A stretch of DNA of 64,000 nt. It comes from Camelus ferus (lineage: Eukaryota). Below, one piece after another: positions 1 to 12,816 of this stretch. Positions within the stretch are counted from its first letter, which is position 1. The number at the start of each line of letters is the position of its first letter. The stretch lies in contig NC_045696.1 of NCBI RefSeq assembly GCF_009834535.1, positions 32,800,001-32,864,000 on the forward strand. The letters run 5' to 3'. Below the pieces are notes generated by a model. It saw only the letters and a list, made by a program, of their open reading frames with translations, was not told the origin of the DNA and did no database searches. The translations under genes and the position numbers were made by a program.

Positions 1-534
1 TATTTAGGATTAGTAAATTCTCCACATGAGTTTGCTCTCTATTGGGAAAAGCTAAATTATTTGACTGCAGGGATTTTAGGCTGCAGGTCCCAGAGAACTA
101 AAATCATAATACTTTAAAGTCAGAATCCATGTGGGGAGAAGATGGAGGGAAGCTGTCCTCATCACCTACTGGAAGGACAAGCGTAGGTGTGCTAGTGTCT
201 GTGGAGCCCCTAACAAATGTTAGTTTTTTCTTCTATAGATTGTTAAAGAAAGACTGAAATAATTATTAAAAGTAAATTCTAAATAGGATAGGACGTTTAA
301 GGGCAGTTCACATTGACATCCTCTCGGATTTTAATATTAAAACTGAAATTTATGAGGACATAGTTCAGCTAGGTATGCAATTTAAAGTTTCATTGTTAAA
401 AGAGTATTCTTTTTTTTTCATTGTTGTATTATTCACATTTAAACAAATATGAGATGACCCAGCAGCCTTTGTGGGAAAATAAGAATAAAATGTTAAACTT
501 TCTGAACAAACTTCAGATGGTTCGTTGACTGTTT

Positions 535-640
535 CACCATGGAGAAATCACTTAACCTCCCAGTGTCAGTTTACCCATCTGTGAAATGAGAAGGATAATA
601 TTTTCTTACGGGGATGTTTTGAAAATTATTTTGCAAATGT
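535..640 (+). mobile_element. MIR SINE core fragment
   Basis: aaatcacttaacctcccagtgtcagtttacccatctgtgaaatgagaaggataata resembles the MIR core. Confidence 0.7.
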
Positions 641-2372
641 AGTGGATGAAATTGTTGCAAGCATCACTGCGCTTTTTCCACTTCTTTAAAGAAGAAGACA
701 CTATTATTTATGTACCCATTGATAGTCAAATTGTCATCTGGGATGAATCATGTATATTTATTAGTAGTTGTGTGCTTTTCATTACCTAAAGAATCCCCTC
801 TTCCCCTAGATTGCTCAGTTTATGCATGATGTCAATAACTGGGGACCTGAGCAAAGTTATCTTAAAAACATTCTGAGCTCCATATTTATGAGCTGCTAAT
901 CTGGTATCGCTGGTAATTATTCCTTCTTTCTGTTTTAGCACACCTTTTCTCTGCTATTGTTTTTTGCCTCACCTCACTTCACAAGATTGATAGTTCTCCA
1001 TGTTTCCCTGCTAGAGGTCACCTCTGAGCTGAAGGCAAAACATATCTCGCTCTGGCATCTGTTGACTTTCAAGTCAACTATCAAAGAATTTATTCCAGAC
1101 ATTGCCTAACCTCAATTTAAAAACTCCACCCTTAAGTTTACAGGAAGCTATCCTGGGAGTTGCCATAGTGACTCTTAAGAGGTTGGCATTGAGGAGGCAA
1201 AACTACTGATATCAGATTTTTCTACTTGATAGGCTTAATTATATAAGGTGGTCATGAACCTTGTGTCATTTAGGGCTGGAAAGAAATTTTCCCCTTCAGG
1301 CTCTTCTCTCTCTTATGGTGCCTTCTTGGTAGTAAGGCTTCCTGGTAGTAAGATTCTTTATGCCAGTAGCTCCAGTATAACCTCAAGTGGTGCTTGTAGT
1401 AATGATAGAATCATTACAAAACTAAAGAAGAAAAGGAAAATATATTTCATGGGTGTGATTAAGTCATCATAATGTTCTTGCACATGTAAATTATCCTTGA
1501 CTTAATGAACCACCTTGCTCACATAATAGTGTTTTAACCTGGCTCTGGAAAGTCATTTTTTCTCCATGTTGATAATTGTTACCAGACTTGGCAGAGCTCA
1601 TCTCCAGATCATCTTGCTGTAGTGAAATTTATGTATTATGTTCCGTGTGCATGAATTTTGTTTTAACTATTAGAAATGCTTTTACTAAGCCAAGTTATTC
1701 CATGAATTACTTTCATGAATTAGTGGGACACATAGGAAGCTAGAAATTTGATTACATTCTAATGATATCCAAAGTGACAAGGGTCATTTATAAATATATT
1801 TTTTCTTGATTATAAAAGAAATGTATATTCATTGGAAAAAATCAGGAAACTACAGAGATGAAACAAAGAAAAGTATTATCTCTATTTCTTGGTTTAGAAT
1901 AATTACTTTAAGATTTTGATGAATATTCTGTAAGATGAACACTTTTTGAAGAATACTTACCTTGTTTTCTCCAACACATTCTGTATTTCTAAAAACAGCT
2001 ACGTCTACAAGAAACCCTGGTGAAGTAGGATCCTTTTTTAGTCTATTTTATCAGAAATTAAATCTAAATTTCTAGTATCCATTTTTTATAGATTTTCAGC
2101 AATTATAAAAGCTACTGGCAAGTATTTTGCTTGTTTCCTCTGCTGCTTTATAGAGTTCAGTTCATCTAAAATTATTATCTTCAAAGATGACCAGGTCTAG
2201 CACCCTATAACTAATGCCAGGCTAAGGAAAATTAATGATAATCATGTTATTATTTAAATATACATCTTTATGTGTGGCTAGGAGGAAAAGAAGGTTTTCT
2301 GGAGCATGCAAAGAAGTATAAAGGAGTCCTAATGATCTGTCAAAACTGTTGTCCTTGATTAAGAGTTTTCAA

Positions 2373-2397
2373 TTTTTTTTTTTTTTTTTTTTTTTTT
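2373..2397 (+). repeat. Poly(T)25 tract about 145 nt upstream of the CADM2 acceptor
   Basis: Directly visible run of T. Confidence 0.95.
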
Positions 2398-2542
2398 ACC
2401 ATTTTGTAATATATAGTTTTGCTGTTGTTGTTTGGTTGGTTTGAATTTTACTTGGAGTGAGGAGTTAAGTCCATGTAGTTTTTGGGAAGTTAATCATTTT
2501 ATAACTTTCATTTAATCAACATTTTCTTTAATCCCCTTTTAG

Positions 2543-2692
2543 GCAGCCAAGGGCAGTTTCCACTAACACAGAATGTAACGGTTGTTGAAGGAGGAACTGC
2601 AATTTTGACCTGCAGGGTTGATCAAAATGATAACACCTCCCTCCAGTGGTCAAATCCAGCTCAACAGACTCTGTACTTTGATGACAAGAAAG
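2543..2692 (+). CDS. CADM2: Internal coding exon of cell adhesion molecule 2 (SynCAM2/Necl-3), first half of the Ig V-set domain; phase 1-1, 150 nt
   Basis: Pyrimidine tract and acceptor ttttctttaatccccttttAG (AG 2541-2542); donor AAG|GTgaat (GT 2693-2694). Translation (G)SQGQFPLTQNVTVVEGGTAILTCRVDQNDNTSLQWSNPAQQTLYFDDKK matches the mammalian CADM2 N-terminal Ig domain as I recall it, including the conserved Ig Cys and Trp. Confidence 0.96.
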
Positions 2693-3884
2693 GTGAATAC
2701 ATTTTCTTTTAAATGTTTTAATCATATTCTAAAATATCCTAATTATAATGAATTTATTTTTCTGAGATGATTCAAATGATTCCTTTTGATTACCAAACTG
2801 CTACTGCTTGTATTTAAACATGTTAAATATTAAATACTTTAGTTTGCAAGTCATAAACACTAAAGATAACCTATGTCAACTTTTTAATAAAATAAACAGT
2901 TCTAATTCTGTTTCAAAAATAGTTTTATGCCTTCTCTTAACAATTATCTTTGCTCCATGTACCATATGCTTTTGTTTTTATAGATAACTTGTACATAGAT
3001 TGAATATTTTGTCCTCACTCTTGGCAATAGGATATGTCATTTTTATTAACCTTAGTTAAAATATTTAGAAGATACTACATGATTTTGAAAAGTTTTGTGA
3101 TTTTATTTTCATGAATTGAGTTTGAAAGAATTTCGAGAAATGATTCCTGTAATAACGTTGAGAAGTAACTAAGGAATATCTAATGTGATATTTTTAAGCT
3201 TTTAAATAAGGATTTTAATCAAAAGCTAAAAATTGATTTTATGAATTAATTAATTGCTTTAAAGTTCCACAAATATAACCCACATAAACTAGTTTAGACT
3301 TCAGATATATTCAATGAGAATGAAATTTGTATAAGTAGAAAATAAAGTATAATTTTTTTTTTATTTCATTGGTTTCTAGCAAAAATATATCTAGGTTTTA
3401 TCATGCTAGCTTTACGTAAGCTTTGTGTTTTGATCTTAAATTTACTAGTGGTTTTAGGGTAGAGAAGTCACATTGACTAAAAAAAAAAAATTCAGTGTTT
3501 ACTTCTCTTAGCTTCTTCATGGTGTTTGTAGGAGTTTGTTTTAAATCAAGTGATTTATGTTACTTTCCAAAGAATGAAGTTCTGTTAGTTACAAATTTAA
3601 ATACATAAGCAAACAGTCACATACAGGGATTTAATAACCTCTTTTTGTTTATGATAATAATTGATTACAAGTTTTTGTAAGTAAATATTTCAAACATATG
3701 TGCCCAAACATAAGGTGACTCCAATTTTAAGGAAACCTCTCATTTGCCCAATGATATATTTCAGAAGAAAATGTTTTGGGAGATAGCAGACTTTTAAGGA
3801 TGTTCATGAATAGTTAAATATATAATTGGACTAATTTGTCAATTTGATTATATGTACCTATTTAAACTAATATAAAAACATAAT

Positions 3885-4032
3885 GAGAGGGAGGGTATAG
3901 CTCAGTGGTAGAGTGCAGTGTTTAGCACACATGAGGTCTTGGGTTCAATCCCTGGTACCTCCATTAAAAAATAATAATAATAAATAAACCTAATTAACCT
4001 CCCCCCAAAAAACAACCAAATAATAAAAAAAA
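3885..4032 (+). mobile_element. tRNA-Ala-derived camelid SINE (vic-1-like)
   Basis: gggagggtatagctcagtggtagag (A box) ... gggttcaatccc (B box) ... tacctcca, followed by an A-rich body/tail with aaacctaattaacctcccccc. Confidence 0.85.
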
Positions 4033-5436
4033 TTAATTTAGAAATACTGCTTTTTTCCACTCCTGCATTTAACACAATAATCTTGCTTAGCAGCACTTTT
4101 TTGAAAATGTAATATACTATCAATGAGAAATTCGTCTCAAGCAACAACTATGCATTTTTGTAGCATGGGAAAAACTTTTGTTCATTCATCCTGCAGGAGT
4201 ATAATAATGATTCCTATTATATATCAACTTATTGTACTGCTTTTTAAGGAGATATTTGAGTCATGTTTACAGTGACATCTACAACAGTGAGGTCAAATAC
4301 TCAGACACAAAACCAAAATCTATATGAAATATCTTTGCCTTCTCTTTTAGTGATTCTATAAGGTATCCCCCATAGAATATCTGAAGCAAGAGTTGATTCA
4401 GAGTATTTCAAGCAATACATCTATCCCGTAGAAAAGAGAGAGAAACTTGTAGTATGATATTTATAAAGACTTTATTTCTAGAAAGTCCCTCTTTTCTGTG
4501 GGACAGTCATGGTGAGAAAAACCCATCATGTTATATTTGGGATATTTAGCAATGTTCCCAAATCTTTACACTGCTACAAAACACCAAATACATCTGACCC
4601 TATGTATTGTTGAAGTATGCATTGCTTCATTTCATTTTTTGCCTTTCCCGATTGTTTTAACAGCTTAGAGCTACGTTGAAAAAAGCCCGTCTGTGTGTGT
4701 GTGTGATGTAGGAGGTTTCTATTTTTGGTATTGGACTTTTTCTAATTCTATTGTGGTTCTAATCATCAGTTGCAACAGAATGAGGAAAAGTATTGAATAA
4801 AGAAACCTTTCAGAAATGGCAACCCAATCTATCTATCCCTCTCAAGTCCTTGGTTCAGTTCCTGTGTGATGTTGTAGTAGAAGGGATCTTTGGCATTGAT
4901 GTCCTTCAAATGCAAGGGTTAGAAAATTAAAGCACTTTCTGAAGATTCTATATCACAGTTTTCCCCACAACGTCTTTTTGTCTGCATTTACCTGCCTAGA
5001 TCTCCTCAATCCTAAGGCTAATTTCGAGCAAACAAGCATGCTAAATTGTGCCAGAGCCGAAGTGTGAAAGCTAAGTGTGGGTTAGCATGACTAGAGTAAC
5101 CCACACGTGTTGTGCAAGTGACAGCTGCTCAGGAGAACAATAGGGAAGATGAAAGGTTGTCTGTGTCACTAATTTCACCAGCTTCTACAGGTGGCTGCTA
5201 CTTAAAGGCTTCATCCATGGCTCTGTTCTTATTTCTGTCTCAAATTACGTTGCCAGTTGTTCTCAGGAGCTTTCCAAACAGACTCTTTCAGGTGTATGCT
5301 TGCTGTATTGCAGTGTTTTAATTGCATCTCAAAAGATTAAAAATGCAGCTGAGGTTGAGAAGCTTTGGATGTAGCAAGTCAGTTCTCACGTGAGTTCCAT
5401 ATCCCAGAGCTTTAATTTCTATACTGACATAGAGTG

Positions 5437-5505
5437 ATGAGAAGGAGGGAAGGAAGGGAGGGAGAGAAGGGGGGAAAAGGAGGGGGACAAAGAGGGGAGA
5501 GAAGG
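5437..5505 (+). repeat. Purine-rich (GA/GGA) low-complexity tract
   Basis: gaaggagggaaggaagggagggagagaaggggggaaaaggagggggacaaagaggggagagaagg. Confidence 0.85.
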
Positions 5506-5974
5506 CCAGAACAACAAAACAAATGCTTCTCATTGACATTGCTGCTGCCACTATGAGCCCCAAGAGGCATTTCTAAGTAGCCTTCTATGCTACCTGGAGG
5601 TCTCCAAGGATTCTGGCTGTGAGGACTGAACAAGGATCTCTTGCGATGGTGGCCCATTGGTTCAATTAGAATTGAATAAGCCTTTCCTGTTTACTTGGAA
5701 TTATTAGCTATAGTAAAGCATGCAGAGAGTGGGCAGTTGATGATCAGCTAATGGAAAATTAAGCTGAACCCCTTTTCTTAGGAGTTAGGGAGGTTAAATG
5801 TGAATATTCAGGAATTTCTTCCCAAGGGAGATAGGTATCTGGGGGTGATGGAGGAGAAATTGGCTACAGTGAAGCTAATAGTGTATTTCTTACTCAGGCA
5901 AAATAAAGAAGAGGTCAGTGCATTCAGGCTTTGCTACCTTCAGCACATTTAATGTGATCAGTACCTTTCCCCAA

Positions 5975-6070
5975 GTACAAGGGGAGAAAATGAGGGTCAA
6001 ACACTCAAGGAAATTTGTCCACAGACATTCAGCTAATGACTAGCAATGAAGGGATTTGAATCCAGGTGTG
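5975..6070 (-). mobile_element. MIR fragment
   Basis: gagaaaatgagggtcaa...aatttgtccacagacattcagctaatga...gggatttgaatccagg resembles reverse-strand MIR. Confidence 0.55.
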
Positions 6071-6252
6071 GCATATGTTAGTTTTAACTAGAATGCTCCT
6101 GAGAACAAAGGTGCCTGGGCACAGGTCACATTAAGTATAACCCAGGTGGCCTCTGCCATTGATTTTGGCAGCTGCCTTTTAGTTAAAGAGCAGCAGTTCC
6201 TTTCAGACTCTTGAAGATGGACATACAGTAAGACAGAGGGATGCATTAGAGT

Positions 6253-6445
6253 CAGCACTGCTCAGTAGAACTTTCCATGATGATGACAGTGTTCTGTATC
6301 TGGGTAGAACAATTCTGTAGCCAGCAGTCACGGGTGGATACTTACATTTAATTTTAAAAAAATTAAAATTGTTTTTTTAGTCACACCAGCCATGTTTCAA
6401 GTCCTCAAAAGCCATGTATGGTTACTATTTGAAAAGCATAGTTGG
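6253..6445. mobile_element. hAT-Charlie non-autonomous DNA transposon (MER3/MER33-like)
   Basis: cagcactgctcagtagaactttccatgatgatgacagtgttctgtatctg...gtcacaccagccatgtttcaagtcctcaaaagccatgtatgg matches the recalled MER3/MER33 pattern. Confidence 0.7.
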
Positions 6446-7899
6446 AGACCATGATTCACTTGTTAGATGCCAAAATAGATCATGTTCAATTCCAGCCTTG
6501 GCTGCAAAATACGGATTTTCCACCTGAGAAAACCCCAGGTCATCATAAAAACCTACCAAATATTCAGTACATGAAATTTTGCTGTTTAAATTGCACAGGT
6601 TTGATGGGGACATTGTAGTGTAGGAGACAGGGAGTCAGATGTGACTTCTAATTCTGTTTCTGACATCACCTGGCAGAGAATGAAAAGGGGCTCATTGATA
6701 TCCCACCAAATCAGATCCTCTGGTCTTTGGATCAGAATTGCATTTTTAACAATTTCCCTCTCTACTTTGTGTGCACCTGAAGACAAGAAATCATCAACCC
6801 ATGAAGTAGCTATTCAGTTACAATTCCATTTTATCTTCACATGATTTCTGTCGGAAGAATTTGTTCTATAGCACTTAAGAACCTATAAATCTAAATAGAA
6901 AATAAAAATTAAGAGGAAAATTTACAGGTCTTATGGGTCAGAGGGACCTAGAACAAATGTAGCTAAAGCAACATTCACTTGTTATGGGCTGCTTCTCTTT
7001 CTTTTTACACAATTGTTACCACATCTGTTATAAATAGTAGGTAAGCATTTGGAATAGAGTAGGGAGAATGAGAGAGTAAGGAAGCGAGTTCATTGAAACA
7101 CCACATGAATGCTGTGTGGTATTTGGCAATAAAATTTTTTTAAAAAAATCAATTAGATCTGCAGGTATGGGGAAAAAACAACTGAAATTATACAATCTGA
7201 TCACTTAATGCTCAGGAAAGAACACTTCAGTTCCTTCCTATTATTGACAGAAAATACTTTGAACAAACATTTCCAGGAGTGCACAGTGTGTGCATTTAAC
7301 AGACGTATCTGTGTGTGCTTGTGTTTGTTTTTATATCAAAATGTTAAATACATGACTTTTTTTTCTGATATCTCTTCTTTATAATAGTTTTGCTTTTTTG
7401 AATTATGCTTCAGTGAATCTCAAAAATTTCCTGAAGGAAATTTTATTCTTGAGGGAATGAAAATAAATTTTTATTAAGGGCATAGCCAAAAATCACTGGT
7501 GTTAATTATCCAATTATTCTGCTGATAATGTTACACTAATACTGGGGACAGAGAGAGAGGAAGAACATAAGTAGGGTTCCCTCAAACAAGCAGTGATAAA
7601 GAGAAGAAAAATGAGATGAACCTGAAATGAAAGTACACGTTCTCCTGGCTCCATGCCAACCAATGTCACCTGACAGCATCTAGTCCCACAACTGGTTTCA
7701 ATCAATGTGACAGCCTTTAAAATAGCGAAGATTAACTCAGTAAAGCAGATATTAAGGTGGCCAATATCACCCTCCTTTTTGCTTTCTTAGGAAAAATCAG
7801 ATAACATGTAAAAGTTACAATCAGGACATGAAATCAGTGATGAAAACTTGCAGTTACACATGTCTAAAAGTTTTAAATCACTCAACATGTTTACCTTTT

Positions 7900-8030
7900 C
7901 TTGTGGGATTCGCAGGAACCCTGAAAGGTCGGTTTTCCCCTTTTATATATGAAGAAACTGAGATTTGCAGACTTGAATAACTCAAGTAGTAAATGACAAA
8001 ATAATGATAAGATGTGAATTTTCTTAAGAC
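7900..8030 (-). mobile_element. MIR fragment
   Basis: ccccttttatatatgaagaaactgagatttgcagacttgaataact. Confidence 0.6.
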
Positions 8031-8289
8031 AAGCCTAATTCACTTCATGCTGTATCATTCTGATAAGGACTTCATTTTATTGCTTTTTGGGAGTTTGTTG
8101 TTACTTATTTATTTATTTATTTATTTTACTTTTCCTGTGGGAATTATCACTTCTTTTAGGTCTTTACTCCAAAGTCACCCTCTCAATGACAGATCACCTG
8201 AACACACTTTAGCTCATATTTTAACCACATCATGCAAATAATTTAATATGTATTAGCAGATTTGTTAGCAAGTGCATCCATATTAAATG

Positions 8290-8727
8290 AGTAGAAATCA
8301 GGTTCCCACTAGGAAATAAATGATACACTTGAGTTAATGACGTATGAACACACTATTTACAGATGTACAGGCTTAATTAAGGAAACTAGTCAAGATGATG
8401 TGGCATCCAGGAGCTAGGAACAGTAGGAAACCAGTAGTAACAGTAGGCAATCAGTAGTAGGCCTGAAAGGGTGACAGAGGGAGCAAAAGCTACCGTTTTG
8501 GGAACAGGCTTCTGGTGAGAAGCTGAGGCTGGTTAGGAAGGAGGGGTGTGTGGAAATATGTAAATTGACTCCTCTTTCCTCCTACCTTCTGATCTCTTAT
8601 CAATGCTTCCCATGGGCAGAGCCCAAATGGAAACCATAGGTCAAGGAATCCTGGGTAGTTTAGTCTCCCGGGGCAAAGGCCAGGGAAGATAATGGGTCTG
8701 GAATATAAGCAGAAGGTAACCAGTACA
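8290..8727 (-). mobile_element. Ancient ERVL-class solo LTR (LTR33-like)
   Basis: ctcctctttcctcctaccttctgatctcttatcaatgcttcccatgggcagagcccaaatggaaacc...tctcccggggcaaaggccaggg...ccagtaca is the reverse complement of the recalled LTR33 5' half. Confidence 0.65.
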
Positions 8728-9524
8728 ATTTACCGAGCATAAATAGATATTTCTCCCTGTCCAATTTTCAGTAAAGATAATTACCATCAGAAACCTTATG
8801 TCACTCTGTGTTCACAACTACCTTCAATTGGATTACTTCTTTTTGGGAGAAATAAGTTGCAACACTCAGCCCTTTTCTGAAACACATTACTTGTTTCAGT
8901 GTTATATCCCTCAGTTTTAATACATATTTTGAACTGTGTGCTATTAAATTTCTTACAAAAATAATTTGCTTTCACTTAGTCTGCTAATGATAAAGCCACT
9001 ATTGTAAATTCTCACTAAGCAGAAGGAAAATTTTCAGTTGTACATTGTGTGATTCCTACCTTTATCTCTTTATGCTAAAACCTAGCAACCTGAAGAAAAA
9101 TATAATCATATACATTGTAAGTTGTATTAATTATATGGTATCTATAACAGCATCAAGATTTGAAACTTTGACATTCAAAGCCACAAATATGTGTCTAATG
9201 CTTTCCACAAACTTTAATGTTTAAGCGTTTTAGAATTCAGCATAATTCCCATACTTGATATTATATTTTAGAGAAGTTAGTTTTCACTGATATTACTACT
9301 TTTTACCTTATTTTTTGTAATGTTTTTATTTAAAAATAAAAATAAAATTTACCACAAATAAATCAATTACCTCTGTGAAAATGACCAAATTCTTGAATTA
9401 AATCCTCTTAGTTATTTCACATTGCCATTCACTAACATTTTTGTAGCAAAACCTCATAAAGAGAAAAGTTATTTCTGCAACACCAAAATATTTTATTACT
9501 TTCCGATGATTAACATGTTTTTAT

Positions 9525-9640
9525 TCAATCTTTCATTCATTAAATAATTGACCGTGTGCCATGTGATAAGCGTTGTGCTAGGTTGTTTGCAGTTGCTGTA
9601 GCATGTTGATTTTTGAGGAGCCCATTCTATGTTGAATAGA
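9525..9640 (-). mobile_element. L2 LINE 3' end fragment
   Basis: ttcattcattaaataattgaccgtgtgccatgtgataagcgttgtgctagg. Confidence 0.55.
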
Positions 9641-12219
9641 GCTACTTGAAAGACAGGTTGTCCTGATTAAAATTAGATTTCCTTTAGTGTCTAATCATGT
9701 ATGTTTCTGGGCATATATTTTACAAATATGTTTGTATGTCTGTAAGACACACAGAGTCAGTACATAGCAGTGATTTCGATGATCTTAAACCATCTGGTGA
9801 GTACCACTTCTTATGGTCATGGCCGTAGAAGTGGGATGATGGCTAGAGTCAGATTGGGTGGATAGTCAACAGCATCATGCCATCTGTTTTCATCTTCTAA
9901 AACAATTTTAAAAAATGCAAGCAATCATCAACCAGATTCTGGGGAATTGCCTTGATATCTTTTGTGACATTTCAGATCCTCAACTTTTAGAATTAGTAGT
10001 TATTAAAGAAAGCATACTTCACTAAGTAAATGTTCTTTATCTAAATATCTAAGCATATTGCTATTGAAAAGATTTCCAAGTCAGTTTCAGTTCAATTCTG
10101 TGCATATTTGTGAAATACTACTGTCCTAGGAATTATGCTGAGCATTGGAACTACTAAAATAAATAAAACATGAGTTTTTGCCCCCAAGTAGCAAGTTGTC
10201 ATATATCGCCTATATGTAGAAATGGTGGCAGATATAGGGGGAAAGTATTGGGTCAAGCATTTTACAAGTAGATAAATGTAATTCTGCCTGCCGCATAATA
10301 AGACTCATTGTAGAAGATGCAGAATGCCCAAATAAAGGATAAATATATCCTAAATGAACCTAGGAAAAAATAATCTGACTTGAAAATATACATAACTGAA
10401 AACATACCTTTTTGATAATATTTTAATGAAATAATTGTAAGTAAACTATTATGTACCATTTGTCTAATATAAGAAATAGCAAGTACTATACAGGGACCTG
10501 ATTTCCTTTTGAAATACTGATACAGTATCTATGTTGAATAGCCTTTTAATCAGCACAGAGACCATGGAGAATTTAATCTAACATTTTTTAAGTAAGTTCA
10601 CTTCAAAACAGCATCAGTGTTATAGTTCCATAGGAAAATCTTAACAGTATCAAAAAATACTGTCCATAAAGTATAAGTTTAATTCTATTTATAATTACAT
10701 AATTTTGATTCAGACTGATATAATTCTATTTTAGATTAAACATAGTGTTTATAGTTTCACTATTTAATTTTAGTGTGTTTTCCCATTTTATGTTTTTCTT
10801 AATATTTTACACCAAACTTTGAGAGTCATAACCCTATGTGAATCTACATTGTAGAAATGGTACTGATTTTTTTGAGTTTGAGGCTGATAAAATAGTGCTA
10901 GAATGCTGACATAAAAGTCATTTTACTCAAAAATTTAGAGTCCACTGAACTTCTCTGTTCTAGAGTTAAATTCCCAGGAGAAATGGATCACTTAAGCTTA
11001 TACAAGGTGCCTCTACTGTGCTTTAAGGTATAACTAGGGGTGTGTGGCCACTGAGCCCAGCAATAATATAATTTTCATCTTCTACTTTCAAGTGAAGGTT
11101 CTAGTCAATAGGCTCACTATGTAGAATCCATGCAGAATATTCTTCTCACTTGACAGAATATTTTCTGTGAAAATAACCGTAACATGAAGTACAAAATGAG
11201 TAAGAAACCTCATTTTAAATATCATTACTTGGATACCCCTAATAAGTACAGCCTCTTTTTGATCCCAAGAAGCTTTTTTTAATAAGTAACTTGGAAATAT
11301 TGGTCTAAGTACCAAAAAGTAGAAATAGAAACACACACAGCCATTCATTAATGGCAGTACTAATTAAAAGACTATTAAATTATGAATTTATTGTGGTTTA
11401 AAAAGTTAATGAGTATGATCCTTTCAATTTATTCACTTGGTTTTCTTCAATTATTTTAGATATTTCCTATATTTACAAATGCTGAATCTTTCTCTTCTCT
11501 CCTGTAGCTCTTCAGGTAACATTTCTCCACAATTGAAACAAAATAAAACAACTGAGAAATACCTGTTCCCAAATAAATATTTTTAATGTATTGTTTTATA
11601 TTGTGTGAGCATGAAGAGTTATAAATTAGTGTAAGTACTCTATTTTCCTTAATTTATTATTGCTTTAGTCCCAGCAGGATCTTGTGAGCGATCCTTTGAA
11701 ACAGCAGTGAATGAGCATTTTGCAGCACTGTGAAATGTAGGAAGCAGTGGTATTTTGGTGCTGAAGCGTGGGTGTTTGTGAGAATGAAGGCTTCGGTTTT
11801 ACAGCTATTTATATTGAGAGTGGTAGGTGGACTCGAGACAAATGGAAAATGGGGAGGAGAAATGCTGAGTGATTGGACTGCCTGTTCTATGATACTCACT
11901 TTTACATCTTAGAAAGAATGGTAGTAATTTAGAAAGAATGATACTATTTTGAATATAGATGTAACATATTGTGTTTGGACTTGCAAAACCCTTTCAGATA
12001 CATATAGCCCACCTGTATTTTAATGCTGAAAATTGCATGATGTGAGATTGAATGAGATTTTTCCTAAATTGTGAATTATGATAAAAGTATCTTCGGGGAC
12101 CAGTAATTATATTGTTTTGTGGAAATTATCATTGGTTATTTGTCACTGATTTCTATGTAACTTAGAACCCGACCTCATGAAATTTTGCAGACATTATAGA
12201 TAGATTGGTTTGTTGAAAT

Positions 12220-12340
12220 TTACAGACTTTGTAGTCAGGACAGCTGCATTTGAATCCCAGTTTCACCATGGATTTGTGCATGATCTTGAATTGACCTGGA
12301 CTAATTGCATAAACCAATCTCAGTTCCACCTTGTAGGCCT
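12220..12340 (+). mobile_element. MIR fragment
   Basis: cagactttgtagtcaggacagctgcatttgaatcccagtttcacca...ctcagttccacc. Confidence 0.6.
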
Positions 12341-12816
12341 CTTGAGGCCAATGGGTTGTGAAGGGCCACCCGCTGCTGTCCAGGTGTACAGGCTGAAACT
12401 CTTCTCAGAGTTTGTTTTGTGCTTTTTGAAATGTTGGAAAACTGATGCTGTAACATCAAATGAAATAAAAACCAAAACAAAAGTCTGCCGTTGAAGACTT
12501 AAACAGTTTCTATCTAACAGGAAGTTGAGATCTTCAGTACTACCCTTAGACTGACAGTGGCTGTCAATGGGTAAATACCTGGAATAGGCCTTTTAGATAA
12601 TGGAACATAGGCCAGAGGCCCTGTATTTAAATGGCAGTATTTAGCTTCACCATTTCCTAGGTGCTGTACCTGTGTTGAAGGTGAAGTGCAATGAAGGTTT
12701 CTAATTTGGAGGCTGAGTTGCTACCCTAAAGGCTTTGGGGGAAGGATGACAAGTTAGGAGGAGAGAACCTAGGAGGGAAAGGGAGTTCTTTCCCTGTCCT
12801 CCCTGCCTCACTTCTT

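Larger units (their letters stand above)
1..2542 (+). other. CADM2: 3' part of the CADM2 intron upstream of the exon
   Basis: Ends at the AG acceptor 2541-2542; no other CADM2-like coding sequence recognised; contains repeat fragments and a T25 tract. Confidence 0.85.

Noticed and set aside
2528..2725. 65-aa minus-strand ORF over the CADM2 exon
   Set aside because: Antisense shadow of the real + strand exon.
3892..3963. Apparent tRNA-Ala gene
   Set aside because: Followed by a SINE body and A-rich tail, has stem mismatches, and has a second dispersed copy with a TSD: a SINE, not a tRNA gene.
8421..8460. Short two-copy tandem duplications (also about 11909-11950, 16369-16390, 61187-61217)
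   Set aside because: Ordinary slippage duplications; no spacer structure, so not CRISPR-like.
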